From Gracilinanus agilis (taxonomy: Eukaryota), in NCBI RefSeq assembly GCF_016433145.1, contig NC_058135.1, forward strand, positions 288,185,810 to 288,249,809: a stretch of DNA of 64,000 nucleotides, given 5' to 3'. Of the stretch, positions 38,371 through 50,322 are shown in pieces. The position numbers were made by a program, and so were the translations under genes. The notes under the pieces are model-generated. The model did no database searches and had not been told where the DNA came from. It worked only from the letters and a program-made list of their open reading frames with translations. Every line of letters begins with the position of its first letter. Position 1 is the first letter of the stretch.

Positions 38371-40569
38371 GTGGACATTTTCTTCTTATTCTTTCGACTC
38401 ATAAAGGTCTTTCATTTTCTACTTGAGGTAATACCTTCCCCTCCCCATTGAAACCCTGCTTGTATTTCTTTTAGGAATACTTCATCCTCCATAGAAACCT
38501 GGAGGGTGGAGAGGCTTTTGCCATCTCCTCTAGGAGGGAAATCAGCCTACACAGGGGACATAGCAAGAACTACACTGAGTGACAAACATTGTCACTCACT
38601 GCACAATCTTCCCTACTCTCCATGATGGCTGAGATTTGGGGTAGTATTTCTTGGAATTAACTTGTGGTATTTACACCACAACAATAGGCACCTGGTTAGA
38701 ACTATATATGGCTAATTATTAATTTTAAGTCAAAACATTACCACCAAGTTGCCCTACCCACCAACCCATTCATCCATTTCCTTATCTTCTCTTGGTTCTT
38801 CTCCTTTTCCAGTTAAGCTCTAAAGGTTGGACTCCCGATTCCCATTTATTGTTCTTAATCCTTTGTGTAGCTTCTTGAATTGTCCTTATTCTTGCTTCTC
38901 TCATAAACTAGACATGTATTCTGGAGCAGTAACTGGGTCTAAAGTTTGTTCTCCTTCAAAAGGTCCTTAATTTTGAACACATTTTGCCAAATCTCACCTC
39001 TACTCAGTCCAAATCACATACATGATGACCTTCTCCATCACAATCAGCAGCAACCCTCTTCTGCTCCTCCCATCATTAGCTTGGCCTGTTCACCACCTTC
39101 AGGCACTCTAATGCTCAGCAGATGATGGAGGTGGAGTGAAGGAGATGGGGTGAAAAGGAATGGAAAATTGAAAGAAAAACTGGGACAAAGGGAGGTTACC
39201 TCAAGGTTGTGTATGTCTGTATGTGGTACTGTATTTCTCATCCTGAGTCCTGGAACCAGCTCCTGAACAGGAGGTGGAGGCCCTCCACCTCATAGGAGGT
39301 GGAGGCCCAGCCTGATTGTCCAGAGAAGGAAAAGACCCCAGGAGGGATAAATGAAGATTCATCTCCCCATCCTCTCCAACAGAGTTCATGCTAGTACCTG
39401 GCAGGTTGCCCAGGGCCAAAGGTCACCCCAGAGGTGAGGGTGAACATACCTCTGCCCCTATAGCTCCCAGGGACTCAACCAACATTTGGTAAGAAGCAAT
39501 TGGTAATTCTGTGACTTTCCTTCAAAGCTCTCTTCACATGGAGGGTATGAGGAAGGTATAAGCTGGCTGCCTGCAGGACATCTCCATCTGGGTGAACCCA
39601 CAAATGCCTCACACTCACCCTGTCCCCCATTGAGCTCCTTACTTTTGATCAGTGGATCTCTTATCTGACTCCAGTCTTTGTGATGCACCATGTCCCAAGT
39701 CTGAAACCTGGGGAGTCCAAGTCTTAAAGCTGATAGGGCTTGAGAGACCATCATGTCTAACCTTCCTTATAGGGAACTGAGGCAGGAGGTTCATCCAAGA
39801 TCAGAGCTAGCAAGGCACAGAGCTGGTATGTGGACCCAGGTCCTCTGATCCCAAAGCTAGGGTCTTTCTCACTGGACCACAGTGTGCCTTGACTCTTCCT
39901 GCTCCTGGTTCACCTCTCCCATCCTACTAAATCCCAAAGAGGATTTTTTTATATCATCTCTCATATCCACCCCTCTTCCCTTTCTCCATGGCCATAGATA
40001 TATCATTACTGATCGACTAGATGACTCCAGCAGTAGCTCCGCTGGAGCTTCCTTTCCTTAGAGGTCTGTTCTCCATTCTCTACTTCATTGATCCTTCCTA
40101 TACCTGCCAGAAGAATCAGGCCATGCACTGTTGAAAGAGCCTTCAGGGTCTTCCTTTTGCCTCCAAGTACAGTTCTGACTGTCCTTCCTCTCCAGTATGT
40201 CTTGGCTTCCCTCTCCTGTTCTCTTCCATGTACTCCTTGATTCAAGGTAAACCACAGCACTCTCCCCTCCATCACAGTTGGTGATCTCCATTTTACTCCT
40301 GCGCCTTCTTTTAACTGTGTTTGTTTCAAGTGGCAGGTAGGTGGTGATGTGAATAGAGTGGTAGGCTTGGAGTTGGGAAGACAGGAGCTCAAATTCAGGA
40401 TCAGATACTAACCTTGGGGAAGTCACTTATCCTACCTTGGTTTCATCTGTAAAACGGGGATAATAGCATCTACCTTCTAATGTCGAAGATTAAAAAAGAT
40501 ATTTTTAAAGTACTTAGCACAGTGCCTGGCACATAGGAGGCAATACATTAGCCATTATTAAGAGTTGCT

Positions 40570-42150
40570 TGTAAACAACACATGTTAAATTCTACTTTAT
40601 TTTTATTTATTCATTTGTGGATTCTACTTTCTAATTCATTTTGCTGCCCCTTCCATTTTGTGGGTGGGTTTATCCCACTCATATTCACAGTTGTGATTGT
40701 TAGGTAAGTATAACTACCCCTGTATTATTCTTTTAAATTCTTTTAAATTCTTTGTTTTCTAAACTTTTTTTTATAAAGAGGGTGCTGAGATAAGGAATTC
40801 AGCGTTAGCCCTCTTTAGGTTGCCTGAAATCTGCTTTTATTCCTGTCCCTCCTCTCACCCAGAGCCCAATAGTAGGTTCTTATGGTTTCTTTTTTTTTCA
40901 GTCTCTTTGAAATCCAACCATCTTAGTTTTATATGACTAATTCTCTCAACTGCCTTCCCTATTATTCCCCACTTTCTCTTTTCCCCTTTCCCTCTTATTT
41001 TTCTGTCAAGTGAAATGTATTTTTGTACCCAATTGTGTGCATATTCTTCCCTTCTTTGAATAGTTCAGAGATTCAAGTGTTGCCCATTCCCCACTCCTTT
41101 TTTCTTGCTCATATAGACCTCTATTCATACACTCCAATTATGTGAGATAATTGTCCATCTTTCCTCTTCACCCCTTTCTCTCCTGGTATATTTCTATTTC
41201 CCTTCCCTTTCCGTTTTTTAAGATCATCAAGACAAAGCAGAACCACTCCCAGGCCCTCTAATTAGACTCCCTCAAATTCTCTAATTATGATAGGATTATG
41301 AGAGGATATTCCCCATATGAGAATGTAAACTTTTATCCTTTTAGTCTCATATGATTGCTCACCCATACTGAAATTTTTGTTTCTCTTGACTCTTCTGCTT
41401 ATATTTTAAAGTTTCTGCATGGCTCTGATGTTTTCATCAGTAATGCATGGAAATATTCTATGGTATTAAAGATCTTCTCCCCTCCACTTAATATTATACT
41501 CCATTTCACTGGATAAGTTATTCTTGATGTTAAGTCTATAAGACGATTTTGCTTTTTAGAATATAATTTTCCAAGCTCTCTGTGGTGGTTGTCAAATCTT
41601 ATGTGACCCTAATTGTTTCCTTGATACTTTAAACCCTATTTTCTGTCCACTTGCAGTATTTTTTTCTTTGCCCCAGAAGCTCTGGATTTTGGCTATAATA
41701 TTCCTGGTGTGTAATTAGAATTTTATCCCCAGGACTCTGTCTCCTAGAATCCCATTTGTGTATTTATGTTAATGTACTAACATAGGGAAGATATAAGTTT
41801 TGTGTCACTCCACCCTCTCTCTTTGCTCCTGGGAACACAGCTGTGGGGGTTGAATGAGGGCCAAGCAGGAGAAGTTTACTCTCGTGGTCATACTTAAGTT
41901 TTGTATTTTGTTCTTTTATTTCTTCTACTTCAAGTGATTATTAATAAATCTTATAAAATATAATACTTGGAGTTACTGGATATTAATTTAAAATTTACAC
42001 TGGGAATTTTCAATTTGGGGTTCCTTATAGGAAGTACCCTATAGATTCTTTCTATGATACGTTGCCTTCTGGTTCTGAGATTTGGGAAGTTTTCTTTCAT
42101 AATGGTTTGAAATGAGATATCTATCTTCAAATTTTTGGTCATGGCTTTAA
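40570..42150 (-). mobile_element. Antisense L1 fragments (includes ORF1-like IMKENFPNL..IERIYR)
   Basis: Minus ORF 41951-42142 resembles L1 ORF1; T-rich flanking sequence. Confidence 0.7.
41708..41999 (+). mobile_element. Solo LTR (292 bp) nested in L1
   Basis: TG...TTACA termini, 4-bp TSD CTGG (41704-41707 / 42000-42003), AATAAA at 41943. Confidence 0.8.
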
Positions 42151-42404
42151 ATGATCTCTTGTCAATCTGTTTTCCAGATCAAATTAGTAATGCAAAAAGG
42201 AAAATTTCCCAGGGGGTAAATATAATCTATTGTCCAGAATATACTCTTATTGATAAAGAAAGCAAGCTGAAGTTCAATAGTTTTGCTTTTTCTCTGTGGT
42301 CACTTTTAATCATCCCATCCATCCTTAGTAGCCAACACTTGACTTTTCATTCTCCTATGTTTCCTAATGCAGCTGAAAAAGAACCTTTTTAAAAAATTAT
42401 CCTA

Positions 42405-42587
42405 GGGCAGCTGGGTAGCTCAGTGGAGTGAGAGTCAGGCCTAGAGACAGGAGGTCCTAGGTTCAAACCCGGCCTCAGCCACTTCCAGCTGTGTGACCCT
42501 GGGCAAGTCACTTGACCCCCATTGCCTACCCTTACCACTCTTCCACCTATGAGAAAAATACACCAAAGTACAAGGGTTTAAAAAAAA
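42405..42587 (+). mobile_element. Young SINE1_Mdo-like SINE
   Basis: Full-length; TSD AAAAATTATCCT. Confidence 0.92.
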
Positions 42588-43194
42588 TTATCCTTACTTT
42601 TCTTTGTGGGTTCTACTCTTAATACTTCTGATACTATTTGTACAATAATATGCCAGACCTTTTCTCTCTTCCTCTAATACCTACCACAACTCCCATCTTT
42701 TGTGAAAGTGTTTTTAAAATTTAATGTGGCTGATGAGTTGACTTTATAATTTCAGTTGTGAGACCTTCTTATCCCTTTTGCCTACATCTCCCCTATGGAA
42801 TATTTGACAGAACCCTTTCTCACACTTTGGAAAACAGGATTTGAGGTGAAGCCAACCTGCTCCTTGACAAAAAGTCCATTTTATTTATTTCTTAACCTCA
42901 GGATTCTTTTCATTCACTCCCTAACCCTTTCCATTCTTTTCATGACAGTGCTACTGTGAATCATGACACTCCATAATCTCTAAGGAAGCAGAAAGGGAGG
43001 TGACTAAAGGGAAAAGGGCAGACCCATGGTAGCTAGAAGGTGGCTACGTGTTTACTAGGGCATTACTAGAGTACAGTATGATTGGAAAAGGGAGAAGACT
43101 GGTTATATTCTTCTTGCTCCATGGACACCTTGGAAGGATCAGATGGAAACAAATGGTATAGATGATGCTGAGACAAAAAGTCAACATTAAGTGG

Positions 43195-44129
43195 TGTGAA
43201 AGGAAATTCTTGGTTCTCTTTGTCTATTCTGAGTTTACACTTGTGAAAAGGAAATCCTTTATTTTCCTTGCCTAGTTGGAGTTAAAATTTTGGTTAACAA
43301 TAACTTTAATACCCCTACTTAGTACCTCACTAGATTGTGAGAACAGGATTAACTCTCCTTTGTCTACTTTTGAATTAATCAACAAAAGCAAATACACCCA
43401 TACTTAACCCTAAAGTAAGGGAAACTCTTACTACAGTTTATACCTCTAAAAGGAAGATACCAATACTTAACATTAAGTAGGTGGAAGTCTGCAAGCCCCC
43501 TGCTACACTGGGTGATAACTTGGAAGTGTGAATCCAAACTGGGTGACAACTCAGAAGTGTGAATCCAAACTGAGTGACAACTCAGAAACGTGAGAATCCT
43601 AGGAGAGTTAACACCTTTAGAGCTGACAAGTCAATCCCACAGACACTGCCCCTGGGCAGAGTTGGACAAGTTGGAAATTGTGACTGGCCCCTGTGAAGAA
43701 GGGCAGGAATAGGAAACCACCATAAAAGCCACAAAATCCTTGGGCCGAGTCGGTTTCATGAGTTGAGTCCAGTGAAGAGTGTCTCCTGGAGATAGTCTTC
43801 AAGGGCACTTCACTGGACACTGCAGCTTGCATCATGGCTTCAACTTAGATTCTGACTCCTGAACTACTTTGTTGGGTGAGTGAAAAGGGCTGACTCCTTT
43901 CCTAGTTTCCTAAGAGATTAGCTTCCATATTGGAGGAGGCCTTGTAGTTACTCACTCCTGACCCTCTTGACTGAGGACTAGTATAGGTTTTTCTCTAACC
44001 TCTCACATTTCTCTACTTTATTGTTTCCTCTCTAATTTGGTAAATAAACTTTTGACTTGAGATATAATAACTTTGATGACCACATTATTTCATATAATTT
44101 AAGTCCAACCACTAAATTTAACCTTTACA
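43195..44129 (+). mobile_element. ERV LTR-like element containing a 31-bp x3 tandem repeat (43507-43600)
   Basis: TGTGAAAGG...TTTACA; AATAAA ~44043; unit ACTGGGTGACAACTCAGAAGTGTGAATCCAA. TSD not recognised. Confidence 0.65.
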
Positions 44130-45514
44130 ATAGATATAGGAAGACAGGCAAATTAATGCCCTGCCATTGGAGTTCTGCCATGGCCCAGCTACTCTGGGTG
44201 TCTCAATATGGAATTATGCTTTTAAAAGTCACGAAATGGGCATATATCTTAAGACTCAAAGTCCAAAGTCAGAGTGAAAGGTCTCATGTATATAGAAAGA
44301 TATTTATAGTAGCACTTTTCGTAAGAGCAAAAATCTGGAAGGCAAGTGGGTGACCAATGAATAGAGAATAGCTGAAGAGTGTGAATGTAATAGAAACACT
44401 CCTGATGAATATGAAAAGTTTTAATGCACTTAGGAAGGCTTGTTTCAACTGATACAGAGCAGTTAGGAGAACAATTTATACAATGACCACAGTACTCTGG
44501 GAGTGCAAAGATGAGCTTTCATCTGCAACCATGGACCCCGTGGAATCATAGAAATATAGTGAGTCTTCTAAATATAGTAGGCTCTTAAACAGTGGTCACA
44601 GTATTGTGAATCAGAAAACTGGGTTGGATCTCTAACAAATTTCAGCGATCCAACTTCTCTGTGCCTTAGCAAAAACCCAACTCTTTTAACACTCATATTC
44701 TTGAGAAGGATGCAAGTGATGGGAACCCAAGAACTCATAAGACTCATGATGACAAATGTTCCAATGGGAAAAGGGGCCTCCAAACTGGCTTTCTTTTGTT
44801 GTTCATAAAGGACATTCTATCTTCCATCTTTATGTCTTTGTACTGGCTGTACTATTGCCTGGAATTCTCTCTCTTATCTCTGCCTATTAGAACCTCTAGC
44901 TTTCCTTCAAATCTTAGCCTCCTACATGAGCTCTTTCCTCATGGCCTTAGCTACCAGTACCCTTCCCTGAAAAATTATATTTACTTACCTATTTTCACCC
45001 TGTCTCTCCCCAACAACCTCCAAGAATATAGGGAATTTTTTATTTTGTTTTTATAGTCAACCAACCAACATTTATGAACTAAGATAAAAGTGCCTGCCTC
45101 AGAGAAGCTTCCATTCTAATGGAGAACCAACATCCATATTAGTATATACAGAATATCTACAGAAGGAACATGGAGGAGTTTGGAAAGGAGGGTGCTAGTA
45201 GATGGGAGATCAGGAAAGGTTCTGTCTACAAGGGACAGCTCCATCTTTAACTGCAGGAAAACTAAGGGTTCTAAGAAATGCTTCAACACAGGGCCTGGCA
45301 AATGGTAAGTCCTTAAGAGATGCTTGTTGAACTGATCCCCTTTCCCAGCCCATGGGCTCTTCCCTCTTTTGTAACAAGGAAGGCAGTTCAGCAAACCCAG
45401 GGACCATCATTCTGTCCCTACAGTCCCTCACACCTCTCCTGAGAGGAGTGACTTGGGCTTCCTCATCTGTTCAGGACCAAGGTTGATCATGAAATTAGTC
45501 TCAGGCTGGCACTT

Positions 45515-46000
45515 TCTGTGGTGGCTTCCTTTACAACAACCTGGTCACTGTGTAGGGTTCTCCTTCCTGAGAGGAAATCAGAATGTTCTACCAAGGGGAT
45601 CTGATGGTGACTCTGAGGTGAGGGCAGTGAGGTATAGGGTTTTCTCCTCAGGTCCAATGGAGGCCACTGAAGAGCAGGGAGAGCAAAGACTCTGCCCCAA
45701 GCTCCCGGGGTTAGTTATAGGGTCAGAGTGGACTAGAGCCCAGAGTTCTTTCTGGCCTCCTTGTCCAAGGCTCTTCTTCTCATTCTTTTTGTACTTTTTG
45801 GTGTTCCCAAGGCTCTAGCATAACACACTTGCTAAGTGGAACTGAACTAAAGAGGAAGAAGAGAAAGGCCCTAGAAATTTCATCTACGTAGGGAATCCTT
45901 TAAGTCTATGTCTTGTGAGAAGGCAATGAAAAAGGCACATCCTAAAGGAATACATCTCACATCAGGAGAGGTCTCCTGTGAGTGAATTTTGGGAGGGTAG
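45515..46000. repeat. Duplicated block X, copy A (direct repeat of 58970-59480)
   Basis: Shared GGCTTCCTTTA.AACAACCTGGTCACTGTGTAG, TTTTCTCCTCAGGTCCA, GGGGTTAGTTATAGGG, ACTTGCTAAGTGGAAC and GTGAGTGAAT..GGGAG. Confidence 0.85.
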
Positions 46001-46588
46001 AAAGAAGTCGAGCATTATTCACAAATCTAGACTAAACAGAATTCCCCATGGCCCATTCTTTCAGGAAGCTTAGCCTTAGACCAGAAGGGAAATTTTTTTT
46101 TTTTTTACCATTCAATAGGATCCAAATAAATTAAGGCAGGGAGCAAGAACTATATAAGAGAGAACATTTCCTGATCTTAGCAGAATGAACAGTCTTTACA
46201 TCCTACTGATGTACCAATCACCCTCAAACCCACTGTAGAAATCCCCAAAGATTTGAGAGGTGGAAGGGACTGCAGAAATCATCCGGTCCAACCCCATAAT
46301 TCTGGGGGTGGGGGTGGCAAAATTTATTTTTATTGATATATTTTGTTTTTACATCATCTTCCATTTCTGAACATATCTCTCCCCTCTCCTCCACTCAATG
46401 AATCATCCATCATAATGAAAATTTCAAGGAAAGGTAAAAGGCCAGTCTAGTGAACAAACTACCACACCAACATTGCATGCAATATTTCAGACCCATTTTC
46501 CTGAACCTTTTCAAATAAGGGAGGGAGTTGTATTTTTTCAACTCTCCTATAGGGCCAAGTATGGACATTGCATTTTCACATCATCCAG

Positions 46589-46759
46589 NNNNNNNNNNNN
46601 NNNNNNNNNNNNNNNNNNNNNNNNNNNNNNNNNNNNNNNNNNNNNNNNNNNNNNNNNNNNNNNNNNNNNNNNNNNNNNNNNNNNNNNNNNNNNNNNNNNN
46701 NNNNNNNNNNNNNNNNNNNNNNNNNNNNNNNNNNNNNNNNNNNNNNNNNNNNNNNNNNN
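46589..46759. other. Assembly gap (171 N)
   Basis: Run of N. Confidence 1.
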
Positions 46760-47617
46760 GTGGGTAAATACACACAAATACACACACAGGGGTTCTTCTG
46801 GGGAGAAAGGGATGAAGGAAGAATGAAGGATGTAGATGTAGTACTATCTTAACCAAATACAAAAGGGCTGTGACAATGAGAGTGAATGACAGTTGGGATC
46901 CAACTGCCATGTAGACTAAGATATCCAGGGAAAAATACAATAGGAATAAAAAAAACACTTTTTAATAGTTAACTTAAGATTAAAAGAGGTGGGAGAGGTC
47001 ACAATACTCTAAAATACTATGGGATCAATTCAGGGTTAAAGATTAAAGGTCTGGGAAATCCCTACTCTACTCTATGCAGGCTGCCAGGACACAAGGGACT
47101 AATGGGATCTCACATAGATGGTTTGATGGTCTTGATCAGTAGCTCAAAATGTATCAGTCCAAGTATATTCCAAGAGCACAGGTTCCAGCCAACTAACTCT
47201 TCAGAGAAGTCAGGGAGACTGATTTTGCTTGTCCACTAAACAAGACAGTATTCTCAACCTTCTCTCCTTGATCCTGCTAATTGAGATGTTCCAGATGTTG
47301 CTCAGAGATACCCAAAATCACAGGCTCTCAGGTCAGTGGTTTCCCAACTCCTTCAAAACCCCCAACTGCCTTTAGAGAGAGTCCACTGTGTTCAGCCCCT
47401 TGCTGTGTTCCAGGTTGGAACCTCAGCTCTTGCCTGCCTATCTAAACTTCCAAATCTGCCTTTATAAGTTTGCCTACAACACACCTTAGAATCAATACTA
47501 TGTATTGGTTCCAAGGCAGAAGAGTGGTAAGCTAGGCAATGGGGGTTAAGTGACTTGCCCAAGGTCACACAGCTAGGAAGTATCTAATTTGAACCCAGGA
47601 CTTCCCATCTCTAGGCC

Positions 47618-48082
47618 TTTTCAGGACTGACCCAGGGCCCCCTGGAAAGAAAGGTCTGAATGTGGACTGAGGGTGTCACTGAAGCCCTGTTGTTCTGGAA
47701 GCATCTGATCTCACTTCTGAAAGGAGGAAGCTTAAAAGAAGCATTAGAGGGCCAACTGTTTTATTTGTGCTGGTCTTAAAGATAGGAAATCCTTGATGCC
47801 CAGGATGAGACTGGCACAGAGTAGAGCCTGTCTTTGGGCCAGACTGTAGTTCAGGGATACTGAACATTCTGAGGCCGTTGGATAGCCAGGTGATATCACC
47901 AGGGGGGATGGTCCAGCTGTAGAAGTGCAGGAAACCTGGAGGAAGTGAGCAAATCCAGGCCAGACTGCATCAAGGGAGCAAGGGGATATCTGCTGTGGGA
48001 CAGGGTGAGGCTTTTGGTAGGGGCAACAAGAAGGTGAAAGAGCCTCTGGCTGACAGGCTACTAAGGAGGCTGAAGAAGAAAG
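47618..48082 (+). repeat. Partial copy A of the SYVN1-upstream cassette
   Basis: Near-identical to 63135-63620 (e.g. GTGGACTGAGGGTGTCACTGAAGCCCTGTTGTTCTGGAAGCATCTGATCTCACTTCTGAAAGGAG); more diverged from 33160-33290 and 35430-35630. Confidence 0.9.
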
Positions 48083-48083
48083 A

Positions 48084-48271
48084 TACAGGGACAGCTAGAA
48101 GCTCAGGGGATAGAGTGAGTCCTGGAGATGGGAGATCCTTGGTTCAAATCTGGCCTTAGACATTTCCTAGCTGTGTGACCCTGAGCAAGTCACTTAATCC
48201 TCATTGCCTAGCCCTTACCACCCTTCTATCTTGGAATCATACTCAATATCAACTCTAAAACAGAAGGTAAG
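48084..48271 (+). mobile_element. SINE1-like SINE whose tail is split by a 1.66-kb insertion (tail resumes 49935-49962)
   Basis: The SINE 3' motif CAGAAGGTAAG|GTTTAAAAAA is interrupted. Confidence 0.8.
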
Positions 48272-49934
48272 TGCTGGGGGCCATCGAACCCATCCTGTCT
48301 GACATGGTCACAGAGAGGACCTCGAGGGTGCATGGCATCTTCAGGAAGGATGGAAAACCCCCACTCAGATACCCCTGTGTGACTCTTCTCTTACTAACAC
48401 TCCTTATTATTGGAATCATTGTGATCAATATCCCCACTCAGCCCCAGGGAAATACAGAAGAACATTATAGGTTATTATTAGGCCCACAGGTCCCCTACAA
48501 ACCTTTACCTGTAATAATATAGAAATTCCCCTAAAGTCTCCCTATAACAAACCAGCAAATGGTGAGTTAATGTAAAGACTTTAAACTTCCCAGCAAGGCT
48601 TCGCCTAAATTTCACAATCCCCACACACAGATGCCTGGAACTGCTTTCAAGCTGCCCTGATTCTTTCACAGGGAAGACAGGAGATGAAAAATTAGAGCAA
48701 GTTACCTCTGGACCGTTCTTGTTAAACCCCAGAGCCCAAAGAACAGAACAAACTTATCCTTGAAGAATAATGAAAAATGAAAGGCTGTTATTGAAACAAT
48801 ATTTGGACCAAATTGGGATTATTGTATCTTTTGAATCTTGATTAATTATGTAATCAACTAGCATAACAAATCTTCATTGATTAATTAGACTACTGAAAAG
48901 AGTAAGGAATAATCATGCTTAATCTGATTGGCTAAAATGTAATTGACCATTCCCTTAGCCAAAATGCACACCCTTGTACCTTGTGAATGGGTGGGAATGG
49001 TAATTTCCAACCCAGTTATTTCATGATGAATTATTCTTGATAAGCTTTGCATCTTTTGTTAATCATAAAGAACAAGATAATCACAGAATATTAATCAAAT
49101 GATTTTGTAATTCAATAAAAGTTAATAATTGACTTAATCCATTATCTACAAGAAAAAATGTATGGTATATGGGAAGCCAATAAGAGAATAGATAAAAATC
49201 TGAGACCCCTCTTTTGAGCCCTTTTATGATCCATACTTTTTCTTACTGGAAAAACATTATAGACTTATTGAAAAGCTTTAAGTTCCTAGCAAACCAGAAG
49301 GTACAGAGTTAACAATTTCTCTCCTTGATAATTAAGAAGCCTGAACTCTAAAAAATATGTTACTTAGACAATCAAGGCCGGAAACAGACAAAGCTAGACA
49401 AGACTTTATCTGACCAGGTGCAATCCTGTAAATCAAGAGTACAGGACTCAATTTGTTTAGGATCTCTATGAAATATATTTCTGCTCCCAGAATTAACCTC
49501 CTACTAATTGGTGGTTGGAATTTGGCCTTTGACCCTGGACCTATCTCTCTAATTTTTAGACTTTAATGGGTTTTTGTATAATTTGTAACCCCTTCACAGC
49601 TGTGATTCTTTCTCTGTGCTCTTTGTGTGAAACCAGTATATATTAAACTCAAGACTCCATGGAGTTGGAGCAGTTATGAGCTAAGCATTTAGTCTGACTG
49701 TTCTCATTCCATCTGATGCCACTAAATGCCACTTAGAACCCCCAGAAAAATAGAGCTGGTTCTCTATAATGGTATGTAATCCTAAGAAAAGGGTATAAAA
49801 AATAAAGCCAGCCCAAGGCTGACAGAACAGTTTTTGGGATACATGACTGAAAGCTTACTGTATCCATTTGTTTTAATCTGCTGACGCTGTCACACCCCCT
49901 CCGAGCCCCTGGACCAGCAGAGAGCAGGCTCTTT
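48272..49934. mobile_element. 1.66-kb LTR-like element, copy 2
   Basis: Homologous to 6449-7808 (inverted); flanked by the 9-bp direct repeat GAAGGTAAG; TATAAA at 49794 and AATAAA at 49801 on +. Orientation uncertain. Confidence 0.7.
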
Positions 49935-49995
49935 GAAGGTAAGGTTTAAAAAAAAAAAAAAAAAGGAGCATTAAAACTAGAGGAAGAGGACCAGG

Positions 49996-50322
49996 TGTAA
50001 AAGTGAAATTTGGGAAAATGCCATCTAAAAGTGTATATATTTCTATGGACAGGGGAAATGGTCCAACTGGTTTCCGTTTCCGGGTCTTTGGGGCATGGGG
50101 AGGCCTATGTCGACGCAGAGAGGGTTTAAAATCTCCTGGGTTAGGAGGGAGTGGGCTCTTTGCCAGTAGGCTCTTGGCGAGCGGACTCAAGACAGTAATG
50201 GAGGAGGCAGTTTTGAATGCTTACAAGCGCGTGGTCTAATGATTTTATCTATCAGCATGGCTTTAATTAAAATACTAATTTATATATTTATACAAGCCTT
50301 TATCATTTTTAATATTAATACA
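49996..50322 (+). mobile_element. Young solo LTR (~327 bp)
   Basis: TGTAAAAG...AATACA, CpG retained; CAGG repeated at both junctions (overlaps the terminal CA). Confidence 0.7.

Noticed and set aside
43507-43600. Regularly spaced 26-31 bp repeats (also 10488-10605) resembling a CRISPR array
   Set aside because: They are head-to-tail tandem repeats with no unique spacers, in a mammalian genome with no cas genes.
46473-46958. ORFs containing X runs
   Set aside because: They read through the N gap.
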